DNA of 64,000 nucleotides from Planctomycetota bacterium (GTDB lineage Bacteria; Planctomycetota; Brocadiia; JAADGH01). Of the stretch, positions 41,774 to 50,016 are shown one piece after another. How positions within the stretch are numbered: position 1 is the stretch's first letter; every line of letters starts with the position of its first letter. The notes below the pieces were generated by a model. The model did no database searches and was not told where the DNA came from. It saw only the letters and a program-made list of their open reading frames with translations. The position numbers and the translations under genes were made by a program. The stretch lies in assembly GCA_040755855.1 (NCBI GenBank), contig JBFMAD010000001.1:32001-96000 (forward strand), in the 5' to 3' direction.

Positions 41774-43228
41774 ATGAGCGGCGGAAAACTCGAAGAAGAC
41801 AGGGCGAGCAAACTCGCCGGGTTGCGCGAGGCGGGGGTTGATCCCTTCGGCAAGCGGTTCGCCGACGCGCTCCCCGTGCGCGAAGTGATCGCCCTGGCCC
41901 CGGCCGAGGGTGAGGGGCAGACCGTCCGGACGGCCGGGCGCATCACGGCTATTCGCGGGCACGGCAAGTCCGTCTTCATGGACATCAAGGACTGGACGGG
42001 CAAGGTCCAGGTCCATACGAGCCTGGATCAACTTGGCGAGGAGAAGTTCGGCCTGTGCAAGTTCCTCGACATCGGCGATATCATCGGCGTGGACGGCAAA
42101 GTGGGCCGGACGCGGCGGGGCGAGATCACGGTATTCGTGGACGACCTGACGGTCCTGACAAAGGCCCTCCTCCCCTTCCCCGAAAAATGGCACGGCCTGA
42201 AGGACGTGGAGCTGCGCTACCGGCAGCGGTATCTGGACCTGATCGTCAACGACGACTCGATGGCCCGGTTTTTGAGGCGGACGCGGATCATTGCGTCCAT
42301 CCGCCGGTTCCTGGATGATGCGGGGTTCGTCGAGGTCGAGACGCCGATGATGCAGAAGATCCCCGGCGGCGCGGCAGCGAAGCCCTTCGTCACGCACCAC
42401 AACACGCTGGACATAGACCTTTACCTGCGCATCTCGCCGGAGCTGTACCTAAAGCGGTTGTTGGTCGGCGGAATGGACAAGGTCTATGAGATCAACCGAA
42501 ATTTCCGGAACGAGGGGATTTCCACCAAGCACAACCCCGAGTTCACGATGATGGAGATATACCAGTCCTACGCCGACTACCATTTGATGGCCGAGTTGGC
42601 CGAGGACCTGATCGCCAGGCTGGTCAACGAGTTGTACGGCAAGGACTGCCAGGAGGTTGCCTTCGGCGAGCGGGCGCTCAAGATAGCCAAGCCCTTTGCG
42701 CGGCGGGAGTACGCCGAGCTTTTGGAGGAACATGCCGGGGTGCGCCTGGGCGACGAGGAGGGGATTCGCCGAAAGGCCAGGGAGTCGGGCATAGACCCCG
42801 AGGGGCTGGCGACGGACTTCGTTGCCAACGAATTGTTCGAGAAGTTTGTCGAGGATAAGCTCTCCGATCCGACGTTTGTATTCAACTATCCCCGGGGGGT
42901 GTGCCCGCTGACGAGGTCGTGCGAGGACGACCCGGCGCGCGCCCAGCGCTTCGAGCTGTTCATCGCGGGGATGGAGGTGGCCAATGCCTACACGGAGCTG
43001 AACGACCCGGACGAGCAGCGCCGGCGGTTCGAGGAGCAGGTGACGCAGAAGCAGGAGGAGATCAAGGTCATTGACGAGGACTTCGTGACGGCGCAGCGTT
43101 ACGGCATGCCCCCTGCCGGGGGGATGGGGATTGGGATAGACCGGCTGGTAATGATCCTGACCGACTCGCCTTCGATTCGCGATGTGCTGCTCTTCCCCCT
43201 GCTCCGTCCGCAGAGGGAAACGTCTTGA
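41774..43228 (+). CDS. lysS: Lysine--tRNA ligase (class II)
   Basis: RYRQRYLDL, EVETPMM, LRISPELYLKRL, FRNEG..HNPEFTM, ANAYTELNDP, GMPPAGG.GIGIDRL. Confidence 0.98.
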   Translation: MSGGKLEEDRASKLAGLREAGVDPFGKRFADALPVREVIALAPAEGEGQTVRTAGRITAIRGHGKSVFMDIKDWTGKVQVHTSLDQLGEEKFGLCKFLDIGDIIGVDGKVGRTRRGEITVFVDDLTVLTKALLPFPEKWHGLKDVELRYRQRYLDLIVNDDSMARFLRRTRIIASIRRFLDDAGFVEVETPMMQKIPGGAAAKPFVTHHNTLDIDLYLRISPELYLKRLLVGGMDKVYEINRNFRNEGISTKHNPEFTMMEIYQSYADYHLMAELAEDLIARLVNELYGKDCQEVAFGERALKIAKPFARREYAELLEEHAGVRLGDEEGIRRKARESGIDPEGLATDFVANELFEKFVEDKLSDPTFVFNYPRGVCPLTRSCEDDPARAQRFELFIAGMEVANAYTELNDPDEQRRRFEEQVTQKQEEIKVIDEDFVTAQRYGMPPAGGMGIGIDRLVMILTDSPSIRDVLLFPLLRPQRETS

Positions 43229-43270
43229 TTGATGGGGATGGGTTATGCTGAATTCTATTGGGAATGAGAG

Positions 43271-43639
43271 ATGAAGAAGAGACTGACGATCAATCACACG
43301 GAGGTTGCGGAGATCATTACGATTGCGCTGTGCGGGCGGCTGGACATCGAGAGCGTCCCCGAGGCGCGGCAGTATCTGGAGAAACTGATCGAGGAGAAAC
43401 CGGGCGCCGGCATCATCCTCGACCTTGCTGAGCTGGAATACATCAGCAGCTTCGGCCTGTCCCTGCTGATAGGCGCGCTGAAGGAGACGCGGCGAGGCGG
43501 AGGAAGGCTGGTCCTGGCCCGCGTGAAGCCCTTTGTTGATCAAGTGATTGACATTGCCAACCTGAAACCGATACTAAAATCCTACGACAGCCTGGCCGAG
43601 GCGGGAGAAGCACTGAAGGGCGGCAATAAAGGTTCTTGA
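43271..43639 (+). CDS. STAS-domain anti-sigma factor antagonist
   Basis: GRLD, ILDLAELEYISSFGL, GGRLVL. Confidence 0.85.
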   Translation: MKKRLTINHTEVAEIITIALCGRLDIESVPEARQYLEKLIEEKPGAGIILDLAELEYISSFGLSLLIGALKETRRGGGRLVLARVKPFVDQVIDIANLKPILKSYDSLAEAGEALKGGNKGS

Positions 43640-43664
43640 CAGTCGTAACATCCGATGATAACAT
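43636..43664 (+). promoter_or_regulatory. Sigma70 promoter upstream of the DUF3467 gene
   Basis: TTGACA-17 bp-TAACAT with extended TG. Confidence 0.65.
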
Positions 43665-43699
43665 GAGCTACGGATAACCCGAATTGGAGGCACAACCCA

Positions 43700-44050
43700 A
43701 TGGCGAAGGACAAGGAAAAAGACGTGAAAGCGAAAGAAGGCGCGAAAGGACCCACACCTGGGGCAGCGACGCCGCAGACACAGCCCGCCTCCGCCGAACA
43801 GGGCGGCGTGGCGCCGGAGGGATTCCGCATAAACGAGGAAGGCGCCTATACCGCACGGGCGGACTATTTCGCCGGCTCGCTCGCCATCACCGAGGCCCTG
43901 TTGGCCTTCGGCAACGTCAATCGTCAGAAGAGAGAGATCAAGATTGATGCAAAGATCGTCGTCAGCGTCCGCGACGCGAAGCGAATCCTGATGACCCTCC
44001 AACAACTAATGAACCAGTACGAGGACAAGTACGGGGTAATTCGAGTCTGA
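43700..44050 (+). CDS. DUF3467-like protein
   Basis: EALLAFG..KIVVSVRDAKRILMTL...YEDKYGVI pattern. Confidence 0.7.
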   Translation: MAKDKEKDVKAKEGAKGPTPGAATPQTQPASAEQGGVAPEGFRINEEGAYTARADYFAGSLAITEALLAFGNVNRQKREIKIDAKIVVSVRDAKRILMTLQQLMNQYEDKYGVIRV

Positions 44051-44076
44051 ACAAGGTTCGCCGCACTGCGAACCGG

Positions 44077-44140
44077 AAGGCAGACCTGGTTCCCGCGGGC
44101 CGCCAGCCCGCGCGGGAGTCCGGCGCCTGCCTTGTTTTTT
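44077..44140 (+). terminator. Long GC-rich hairpin plus U-tract (terminator or attenuator)
   Basis: AAGGCAG/CTGCCTT outer stem, TTCCCGCG/CGCGGGAG inner stem, followed by GTTTTTT. Confidence 0.55.
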
Positions 44141-44160
44141 ATCATCCAAAGGAGTTTCAA

Positions 44161-45714
44161 TTGTACCGTTTCATCGTGAGCATGAGATACCTCCGGTCGA
44201 AGAAGGTCAACTTCTTCCCGATCAGCGGCGTCGCCGTCGGCGTCATGATGCTCACGGTCATCATGTCCGTCATGAACGGCTTCACCGGCCAGATGGCCGA
44301 CCGCATCCGCGGCACCCTGTCCGACCTCATCGTGTCGCGGACCGACGGGGCTTTCCCCATGACCGACGTCCTGGATCGGATCAATAAGGTCCCCCACGTC
44401 CAGGTCTCCTCCCCCCGGCTGGAGGGGCTGGCCTTCATCCGCCTGCGGAATATCCGCAAATGGGGGATATTCGAGGGCATTGACCCGGAACTGGAAAAGA
44501 AGGTCGGCAAGTTCGAGGAATACGTAGGCCGGATCAACGAGGGGGGCAAATTCGAAAGCACGAACATCCCCCCCGATTTTCGAATGGGCGTGGATGCGAA
44601 GGATCGGTGGCCCGTCATCGTCTCCGTCCAGCTCCTCAACCTCTCCGGCGGCCCGTCGGAGCGGCCGGAATATGTGAACGTGGGCGAGGACGTCACCGTC
44701 TATACCCTCGTCGGCATTGACGAACACAGCCTGAAGCGTTTCTGGGTAACGGGCACGTTCAAGTCGGGCATGTCCGAATACGACAGCCAGTACTTCTACA
44801 TCCCTCTCGACCTGGCCCAGAAGCTCCGGAAGATGCCGAGCGATACAGTCACCAGCATCTTCGTAAAGGTGGACGATCCGGTCCACTCCGATGCGGCCCG
44901 GTGGGCGATCCTGATGGACCTCAACAAGGACATCATAGACAACGCGCTCAAGCACGAGCTTAACAGCACGGACGACCTGAAAGCCATCGAGAAGAAACTC
45001 CCCCCCGGAGTCGCCCTTGCCGACATCGAGGCGGCCCGAAACGACGGCGACGCCCTGAAGGCCCTCAGCGCCAAGCTGCCCTCCGACCTGTTGATGGGTG
45101 AAATCCTTATGGAGCTGGATAAGCGCGACGCCCGCGCCGAGATGGAAGCCGCGCTGGACGCGCGCGACGCCCAGGCACTGATGAACAGCCTGAGCAAGGT
45201 CCGCTCCCGGTTCTACACCGTCGAGACCTGGCGCGAGAAGCGGTCCATCATCCTCGGCGCCGTGGCCGTGGAGAAAAAACTCCAGGCCGTTATCCAGTTC
45301 TTCATCATCATCGTCGCCGGGTTCATGGTCTTCGCCATCCTGCACATGGTGGTTGTGGAAAAGACGAAGGACATCGGCATCCTCAAGGCCCTCGGCGGCT
45401 CGTCCGGCGGGATCATGAGCATCTTCCTCATGAACGGCCTCGCCATGGGCGTCATCGGCGCCGTCACGGGGGCGGTATGCGGCATCCTCTTTACCATGAA
45501 ACTGAACTGGCTGGAAGAGGTCATCTACAACGCCACCGGCTGGCGCGTCTTCCCGCCGGACATATACTACTTGGACAAAATCCCCTGGGAGATTCGCCCC
45601 CTCAGCGTGGCGGCCTGCGCCCTGGCGGCGGTGCTCGTCAGCTTCCTTGCAAGCCTATACCCCGCCTGGCGGGCGGCCCGGCTGGACCCGATCGAGACGC
45701 TGCGGTATGAGTAA
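44161..45714 (+). CDS. lolE: Lipoprotein-releasing ABC transporter permease LolC/E
   Basis: RYLRSK..VMSVMNGF, F.SGMSEYDS, VVEKTKDIGILKALG, YYLDKIP, SLYPAWRAARLDPIETLRYE; TTG start after AAGGAG. Confidence 0.85.
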   Translation: MYRFIVSMRYLRSKKVNFFPISGVAVGVMMLTVIMSVMNGFTGQMADRIRGTLSDLIVSRTDGAFPMTDVLDRINKVPHVQVSSPRLEGLAFIRLRNIRKWGIFEGIDPELEKKVGKFEEYVGRINEGGKFESTNIPPDFRMGVDAKDRWPVIVSVQLLNLSGGPSERPEYVNVGEDVTVYTLVGIDEHSLKRFWVTGTFKSGMSEYDSQYFYIPLDLAQKLRKMPSDTVTSIFVKVDDPVHSDAARWAILMDLNKDIIDNALKHELNSTDDLKAIEKKLPPGVALADIEAARNDGDALKALSAKLPSDLLMGEILMELDKRDARAEMEAALDARDAQALMNSLSKVRSRFYTVETWREKRSIILGAVAVEKKLQAVIQFFIIIVAGFMVFAILHMVVVEKTKDIGILKALGGSSGGIMSIFLMNGLAMGVIGAVTGAVCGILFTMKLNWLEEVIYNATGWRVFPPDIYYLDKIPWEIRPLSVAACALAAVLVSFLASLYPAWRAARLDPIETLRYE

Positions 45715-46447
45715 CATGGAGAAAAAGGAAATCATGCGGGCGGAGGCCCTGGAGAAGGCCTACGTCATGGCCCAGCGCACGCTCCCTGTCCTCCGCGGCA
45801 TCAACCTTTCTGTCTATGAGGGCGAGTTTCTGGCCGTGCTGGGCAAATCCGGCTCGGGCAAGAGCACGCTGCTCCACGTCCTCGGCGCCCTCGACCGGCC
45901 CACGAGCGGCGCAGTCCGCTTTCGGGGCGAAGATATATATGCCCTGTCGAATCGGGGCCTTTCCCAATTGCGAAGCAAGACGTTCGGCTTCGTCTTCCAG
46001 TTCTATCACCTGCTGGCCGACTTCAACGCGCTGGAGAACGTCATGCTGCCCGCCCTGATCGGCCGGCAGGGCGAGGAGAAAAAGAACCGGGGCGAACGCC
46101 GCTCCCGCGCGGCGTCGCTCCTGGCGCGGGTAGGCCTTGAGGACCGCGCCGTCCACCGCCCGAACCAGCTCTCCGGCGGCGAACGCCAGCGCGTCGCCAT
46201 CGCCCGGGCGCTGATGAACGACCCTGACATCTTGTTTTTTGACGAGCCAACTGGTAATCTGGATACCAAGACGAGCGAGGCCGTGCACGACCTGATCCTC
46301 GGCCTGAACAAGGAGGAGGGCAAGACGCTCGTCCTCGTGACGCACGACCGCGAACTGGCCAAGAAGGCCGGCCGCATGGTCCACATTGTTGACGGCAAAA
46401 TCACCGACGGCGAGGAAGGTAATCTGGAGAGGGAGAATACCGGATGA
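45707..46447 (+). CDS. lolD: Lipoprotein-releasing ABC transporter ATP-binding protein
   Basis: GKSGSGKST, GFVFQFYHLL, LSGGERQRVAIARAL, DEPTGNLD. Confidence 0.9.
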   Translation: MSNMEKKEIMRAEALEKAYVMAQRTLPVLRGINLSVYEGEFLAVLGKSGSGKSTLLHVLGALDRPTSGAVRFRGEDIYALSNRGLSQLRSKTFGFVFQFYHLLADFNALENVMLPALIGRQGEEKKNRGERRSRAASLLARVGLEDRAVHRPNQLSGGERQRVAIARALMNDPDILFFDEPTGNLDTKTSEAVHDLILGLNKEEGKTLVLVTHDRELAKKAGRMVHIVDGKITDGEEGNLERENTG

Positions 46448-47322
46448 GTCTATTGATCTACATGCAGCATGGCAAGCGAAAGGGCGACCTCGTTTCCGAA
46501 GAGAACGCGAAGGTCTCCGTCTTCGATCATGGTCTCCTCTACGGCGACGGCGTCTTCGAGGGCATCCGCGCCTATGCGGGCAAGGTCTTCAAACTCCAGG
46601 AGCACATTGATCGGCTCTATCTCTCCGCCAAGGCGATCCGCCTCGAAATCCCCATGACTAAGAAGGACATGATCGCCGCCGTCCAGGACACCGTGAAGGC
46701 GAACAAGCTGACCGACTGCTACATCCGGCTGATCGTCACGCGCGGCAAGGGCCCCATGGGCCTCGACCCAAGCAAATGCGTTGATCCGTGCATCATCATC
46801 GTAGCCACCACTATCTCCATGTACCCCGAGGAGCAATACGAGAAGGGGCTGGAGATCATCACCTCGACGACGCTGCGGAACCACCCCGCCGCGCTCGATC
46901 CGCGGATCAAATCGCTCAACTACCTGAACAACATCCTCGCCAAGATCGAGGCAGAAAACGCCGGGACCTTCGAGGCGATCATGCTTAACACCGACGGCCT
47001 TGTCGCCGAGTGCACGGGCGACAACATCTTCCTCGTCATCGAGGGCGCGCTCTGCACGCCGCCCGGCACGGCCGGCATCCTCAAGGGCGTCACACGCGGC
47101 GTCGTCATGGAACTGGCCGAGAAGCAGAAGATCGAGGTCAAGGAGGTCTGCCTCAGCCGGTACGACGTCTACGCCGCCGAGGAGTGCTTTCTCACCGGCA
47201 CCGGGGCGGAAATCATCCCCGTCGTCAAGGTGGACGGCCGCGTCATCGGCGACGGCAAACCCGGCCCCATCACGAAAAAACTCCTCAAGGAGTTCCGAAA
47301 ACTGACCAAGTCGGGAAAGTAA
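46444..47322 (+). CDS. ilvE: Branched-chain amino acid aminotransferase
   Basis: DHGLLYGDGVFEGIR, IKSLNYLNNI, ECTGDNIF, ILKGVTR, FLTGTGAE. Confidence 0.95.
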   Translation: MSLLIYMQHGKRKGDLVSEENAKVSVFDHGLLYGDGVFEGIRAYAGKVFKLQEHIDRLYLSAKAIRLEIPMTKKDMIAAVQDTVKANKLTDCYIRLIVTRGKGPMGLDPSKCVDPCIIIVATTISMYPEEQYEKGLEIITSTTLRNHPAALDPRIKSLNYLNNILAKIEAENAGTFEAIMLNTDGLVAECTGDNIFLVIEGALCTPPGTAGILKGVTRGVVMELAEKQKIEVKEVCLSRYDVYAAEECFLTGTGAEIIPVVKVDGRVIGDGKPGPITKKLLKEFRKLTKSGK

Positions 47323-47329
47323 GCAATCT

Positions 47330-47362
47330 CACCTCCCGGAGGTCCCAGATCTCCGGGAGGTG
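47330..47362. repeat. REP-like palindrome (ACCTCCCGGAGGT family) immediately after ilvE
   Basis: cacctcccggag-gtcccagat-ctccgggaggtg, perfect 12-bp stem; near-identical copy at 50386-50417. Confidence 0.8.
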
Positions 47363-47390
47363 CAGCCTCCCTCTCTATGAACGGCGAGGG

Positions 47391-47471
47391 GAGTTCGTTT
47401 CGTAATTTCGGCCTTTTGAGTTCGTTTCGTAATTTTAACCTTTTGAGTTCGTTCCGTAATTTTTAATCTTC
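47391..47471. repeat. Three tandem 27-bp direct repeats (core GAGTTCGTTYCGTAATTT)
   Basis: Units start at 47391, 47418 and 47445. Confidence 0.85.
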
Positions 47472-47777
47472 GGGGGGGTGTCGGTTTTGGGGCGCGTTCA
47501 CGATGACGACGTTGGTGCGTCCTCTTTCCATTAAACCTTCCTCCTTTGACGGTGGATTTCTTCAACGCCATGCAGCAGCGAGGACTGTCCCCAATGCAGG
47601 CACGTACTCTCTGCTAAACGACGTGGGGCAACCACGCTGCCCTCAAAAGGAGCATATCACATGAATAGGGAGTTGTCAAGTCATTTTGGAAAATATTTTA
47701 TAAAATAGTGTATAAATAATCTCTGATAGGCAAGTATTGACTTGGCTTTTTTCGAAAATCCCTGCCCCGCCATGTAA

Positions 47778-47917
47778 GAGCCTATCCGAAAACCAGGCAT
47801 TTGTAGCCGCACCCTACGGGGGGTGGCACGGCTTGCTTGCAAGCCGTGGGCTGTGGAACGGCCCCGGCACGGGTTGCAAGCAACCCGTGGCACCCGGCGA
47901 GGTTTTCGGATAGGCTC
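47778..47917. mobile_element. 140-bp MITE with perfect 17-bp TIRs, TAA target duplication and REP-doublet cargo
   Basis: TAA|GAGCCTATCCGAAAACC ... GGTTTTCGGATAGGCTC|TAA; internal ggtggcacggcttgcttgcaagccgtg and cacgggttgcaagcaacccgtggcaccc. Confidence 0.8.
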
Positions 47918-48015
47918 TAAACCATGTAAAGAACAGGCGTGAAATTTCTTTTGATTCAAGGGAGAATCCACTTGTTTGAGCGTGTCTCCGACGAGACCCC
48001 ACTCTCTCGCCCTAT

Positions 48016-48873
48016 CTATTCCTGCATCTGGCCCATGATGGGATACAGCCACGACCATGCCTTGTTCTTCATCTGAACGGAAAGGGGATCGTCCAGCACT
48101 GTGGGGGGATTGGCCTGTGGAATGTTCTGCGGGGCGATGACGCCTATCGTAAGCTCGCCGTCGGTGTAGTACCAGTCGCCGCCGCCATTGCGTCCGATGA
48201 GGCGCGACCCCACGCCCGTCACCTGATACACCCGCGTAAGCTGCCCGGCTTCCGTCAGGTCGGCGATCAGTTTGCGGCGGTCCGCGTCCACGTCCGGCGC
48301 GATGTGATGGGTGATCTGCCCCGTTCGGTGGCTCAGTCCGACGCTGCGGTCAAATGTGGCCGCGCCGATCCAGAAGGGACGCCCGCCTACCCCCAGGTCC
48401 GTGGATTGCCAGAAGCGAACATGATGGCGCTGGCGCGGGCTCTTGCCCTTCGCCTGCTCAAAGGCCAGGTCCTGCCGGCGGCCCCACACGTAAAGATCAC
48501 TCACGGGCGCGTCAGGATAGGAACGATTGCGCACAACACTTGCTGCGATATGAAGGGCCGTGCGAAACGTCTTGGGGTCGGCCGGATACCAGTGGGCCTG
48601 CAAGAACGCATTGACGATTTCTGTTTCGCTGCCGACCAGTCCGACATTGAGGGGATCGCCGGGGATGCCGTCCCTCGTCTCGGTCGTCTTGGGAGCGCGC
48701 ACCATGGCCGGATGGTGCTCGTAGTGACGCCACAGCGCAGGCAGGATGACATAGGCCAAAAGGAACCAGACAATCACAACGAAGAGAAAAACCAGCAGAA
48801 GCCATCGTCGAAGACGACGTTTGGGCAAGGACATGCCTGTATCCGCTTGTTTTGTCGGCTGCGCGTCTGCCAT
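48016..48873 (-). CDS. LssY C-terminal domain protein
   Basis: GIPGDPLNVGLVG, GRRQDLAFE, RHHVRFW, WIGAATFD, ITHHIAPDVD..R, NGGGD.YYTDG. Confidence 0.85.
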   Translation of the reverse strand: MADAQPTKQADTGMSLPKRRLRRWLLLVFLFVVIVWFLLAYVILPALWRHYEHHPAMVRAPKTTETRDGIPGDPLNVGLVGSETEIVNAFLQAHWYPADPKTFRTALHIAASVVRNRSYPDAPVSDLYVWGRRQDLAFEQAKGKSPRQRHHVRFWQSTDLGVGGRPFWIGAATFDRSVGLSHRTGQITHHIAPDVDADRRKLIADLTEAGQLTRVYQVTGVGSRLIGRNGGGDWYYTDGELTIGVIAPQNIPQANPPTVLDDPLSVQMKNKAWSWLYPIMGQMQE

Positions 48874-48881
48874 GGATCAGG

Positions 48882-49985
48882 TCACCGCCTTAACGTCAGT
48901 TGATGCCAGGTAACGTTCGAGCCGGGGTTCGGATTGTAACTCGGACTGTCGGAGACAATGTACTCCCCAAAGGCGTTCGTCCATGCCTGCCGGTAGCCGC
49001 TCGGCAGCTCGACGGGCCGCTGCTTCACCGGGTCGTAATACTCGTCCACGCCGCGGATATACTGGCTGAAGTCCTTGTTGATCTTGTCATACACCGCCTG
49101 ACGTCTCTCGTAGGAGTCCGTGATCATCGCGCTGATCTCGTCGTGCGTCCGGGCGATGATCTCGCTGATCTTCCCGATGGTGTGAATCTGTTGAATCTGG
49201 CACTGGATGAGGGTCTCGACCACCTGTGAATACTTGTTGAACCACTGGATATTCACCCTGAACGACTTGACCATCGTCTGAAAGATCTTTGAGTGGGCCG
49301 CCATCTGGCCCTTCACCGCCTTGAAGGAGAACTGAAAGTCCGGTCCCCAGTTGACGTTGGCCACGGTGCCGTACATGGTCTGCATCTGGAAAGTTGTAGC
49401 GCAGACGAGGGTGTATATCTCCTCCTCGACCCATACCTCTCCCATCTGGTACTCGATCTTCGCCTTGGCCGCGTCGGAGGAGATCGAGACGCCCGGCCCG
49501 ATCTGGCCCGTCAGGCCCTGGGCCAGCTCCGGCATCGGCGTCACCGAGACAACGCGGAGGTTGTTCACGCCCTGCCGGTTACGTGGGATGAGGATGCGCT
49601 GGAGATAGTCCGCCGCACCCATCGTAGGGCAGACCTCCGCTCCGAAGTAGCGCGATCCCTGGGGAAACATCTGAAGCAGGCCCTGGTTGTTCGTCCAGAA
49701 GAACATGCGGTTGGGGAAGCCCTCCAGCTCGGCCGTGCGCGTCGGATTCGTCACCTTGAAGGCCACCACCGCCGGCAGGGCGGGATTGTCCATCACCCAT
49801 TGAATGCCGCCGTTGAACTGCCAGTCGGCAGGGATGAGCATGTGGAAAACCTCCAGCCCGATCCCCTGCGTATCCACGCACGAGGCCGTCTTGAACCGTA
49901 TCGCCTGGGGTTGCTGCCCGAAGGCGGCTCCCGCACAAGCCCAGACCAACGCACAGGCCATCAGCCACACAAGACGCTTCTCCAT
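48882..49985 (-). CDS. Secreted hypothetical protein
   Basis: Signal peptide from ATG 49985 (RBS GAGGAGG); C-terminal YIRGVDEYYDP..VELPSGY..AW. Confidence 0.7.
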   Translation of the reverse strand: MEKRLVWLMACALVWACAGAAFGQQPQAIRFKTASCVDTQGIGLEVFHMLIPADWQFNGGIQWVMDNPALPAVVAFKVTNPTRTAELEGFPNRMFFWTNNQGLLQMFPQGSRYFGAEVCPTMGAADYLQRILIPRNRQGVNNLRVVSVTPMPELAQGLTGQIGPGVSISSDAAKAKIEYQMGEVWVEEEIYTLVCATTFQMQTMYGTVANVNWGPDFQFSFKAVKGQMAAHSKIFQTMVKSFRVNIQWFNKYSQVVETLIQCQIQQIHTIGKISEIIARTHDEISAMITDSYERRQAVYDKINKDFSQYIRGVDEYYDPVKQRPVELPSGYRQAWTNAFGEYIVSDSPSYNPNPGSNVTWHQLTLRR

Positions 49986-50016
49986 GATGCAACCTCCTCT
50001 CGACAACCGGGAAAGG

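Noticed and set aside
44055..44140. SRP (4.5S) RNA or a known riboswitch
   Set aside because: Contains CCGGAAGG but lacks the flanking CAGG and AGCAG of the SRP loop; no riboswitch consensus recognised.
47391..47471. 27-bp repeats as a mini-CRISPR array
   Set aside because: Units are directly tandem, the variable part is only ~9 bp and similar between units, and no cas genes are in the window.
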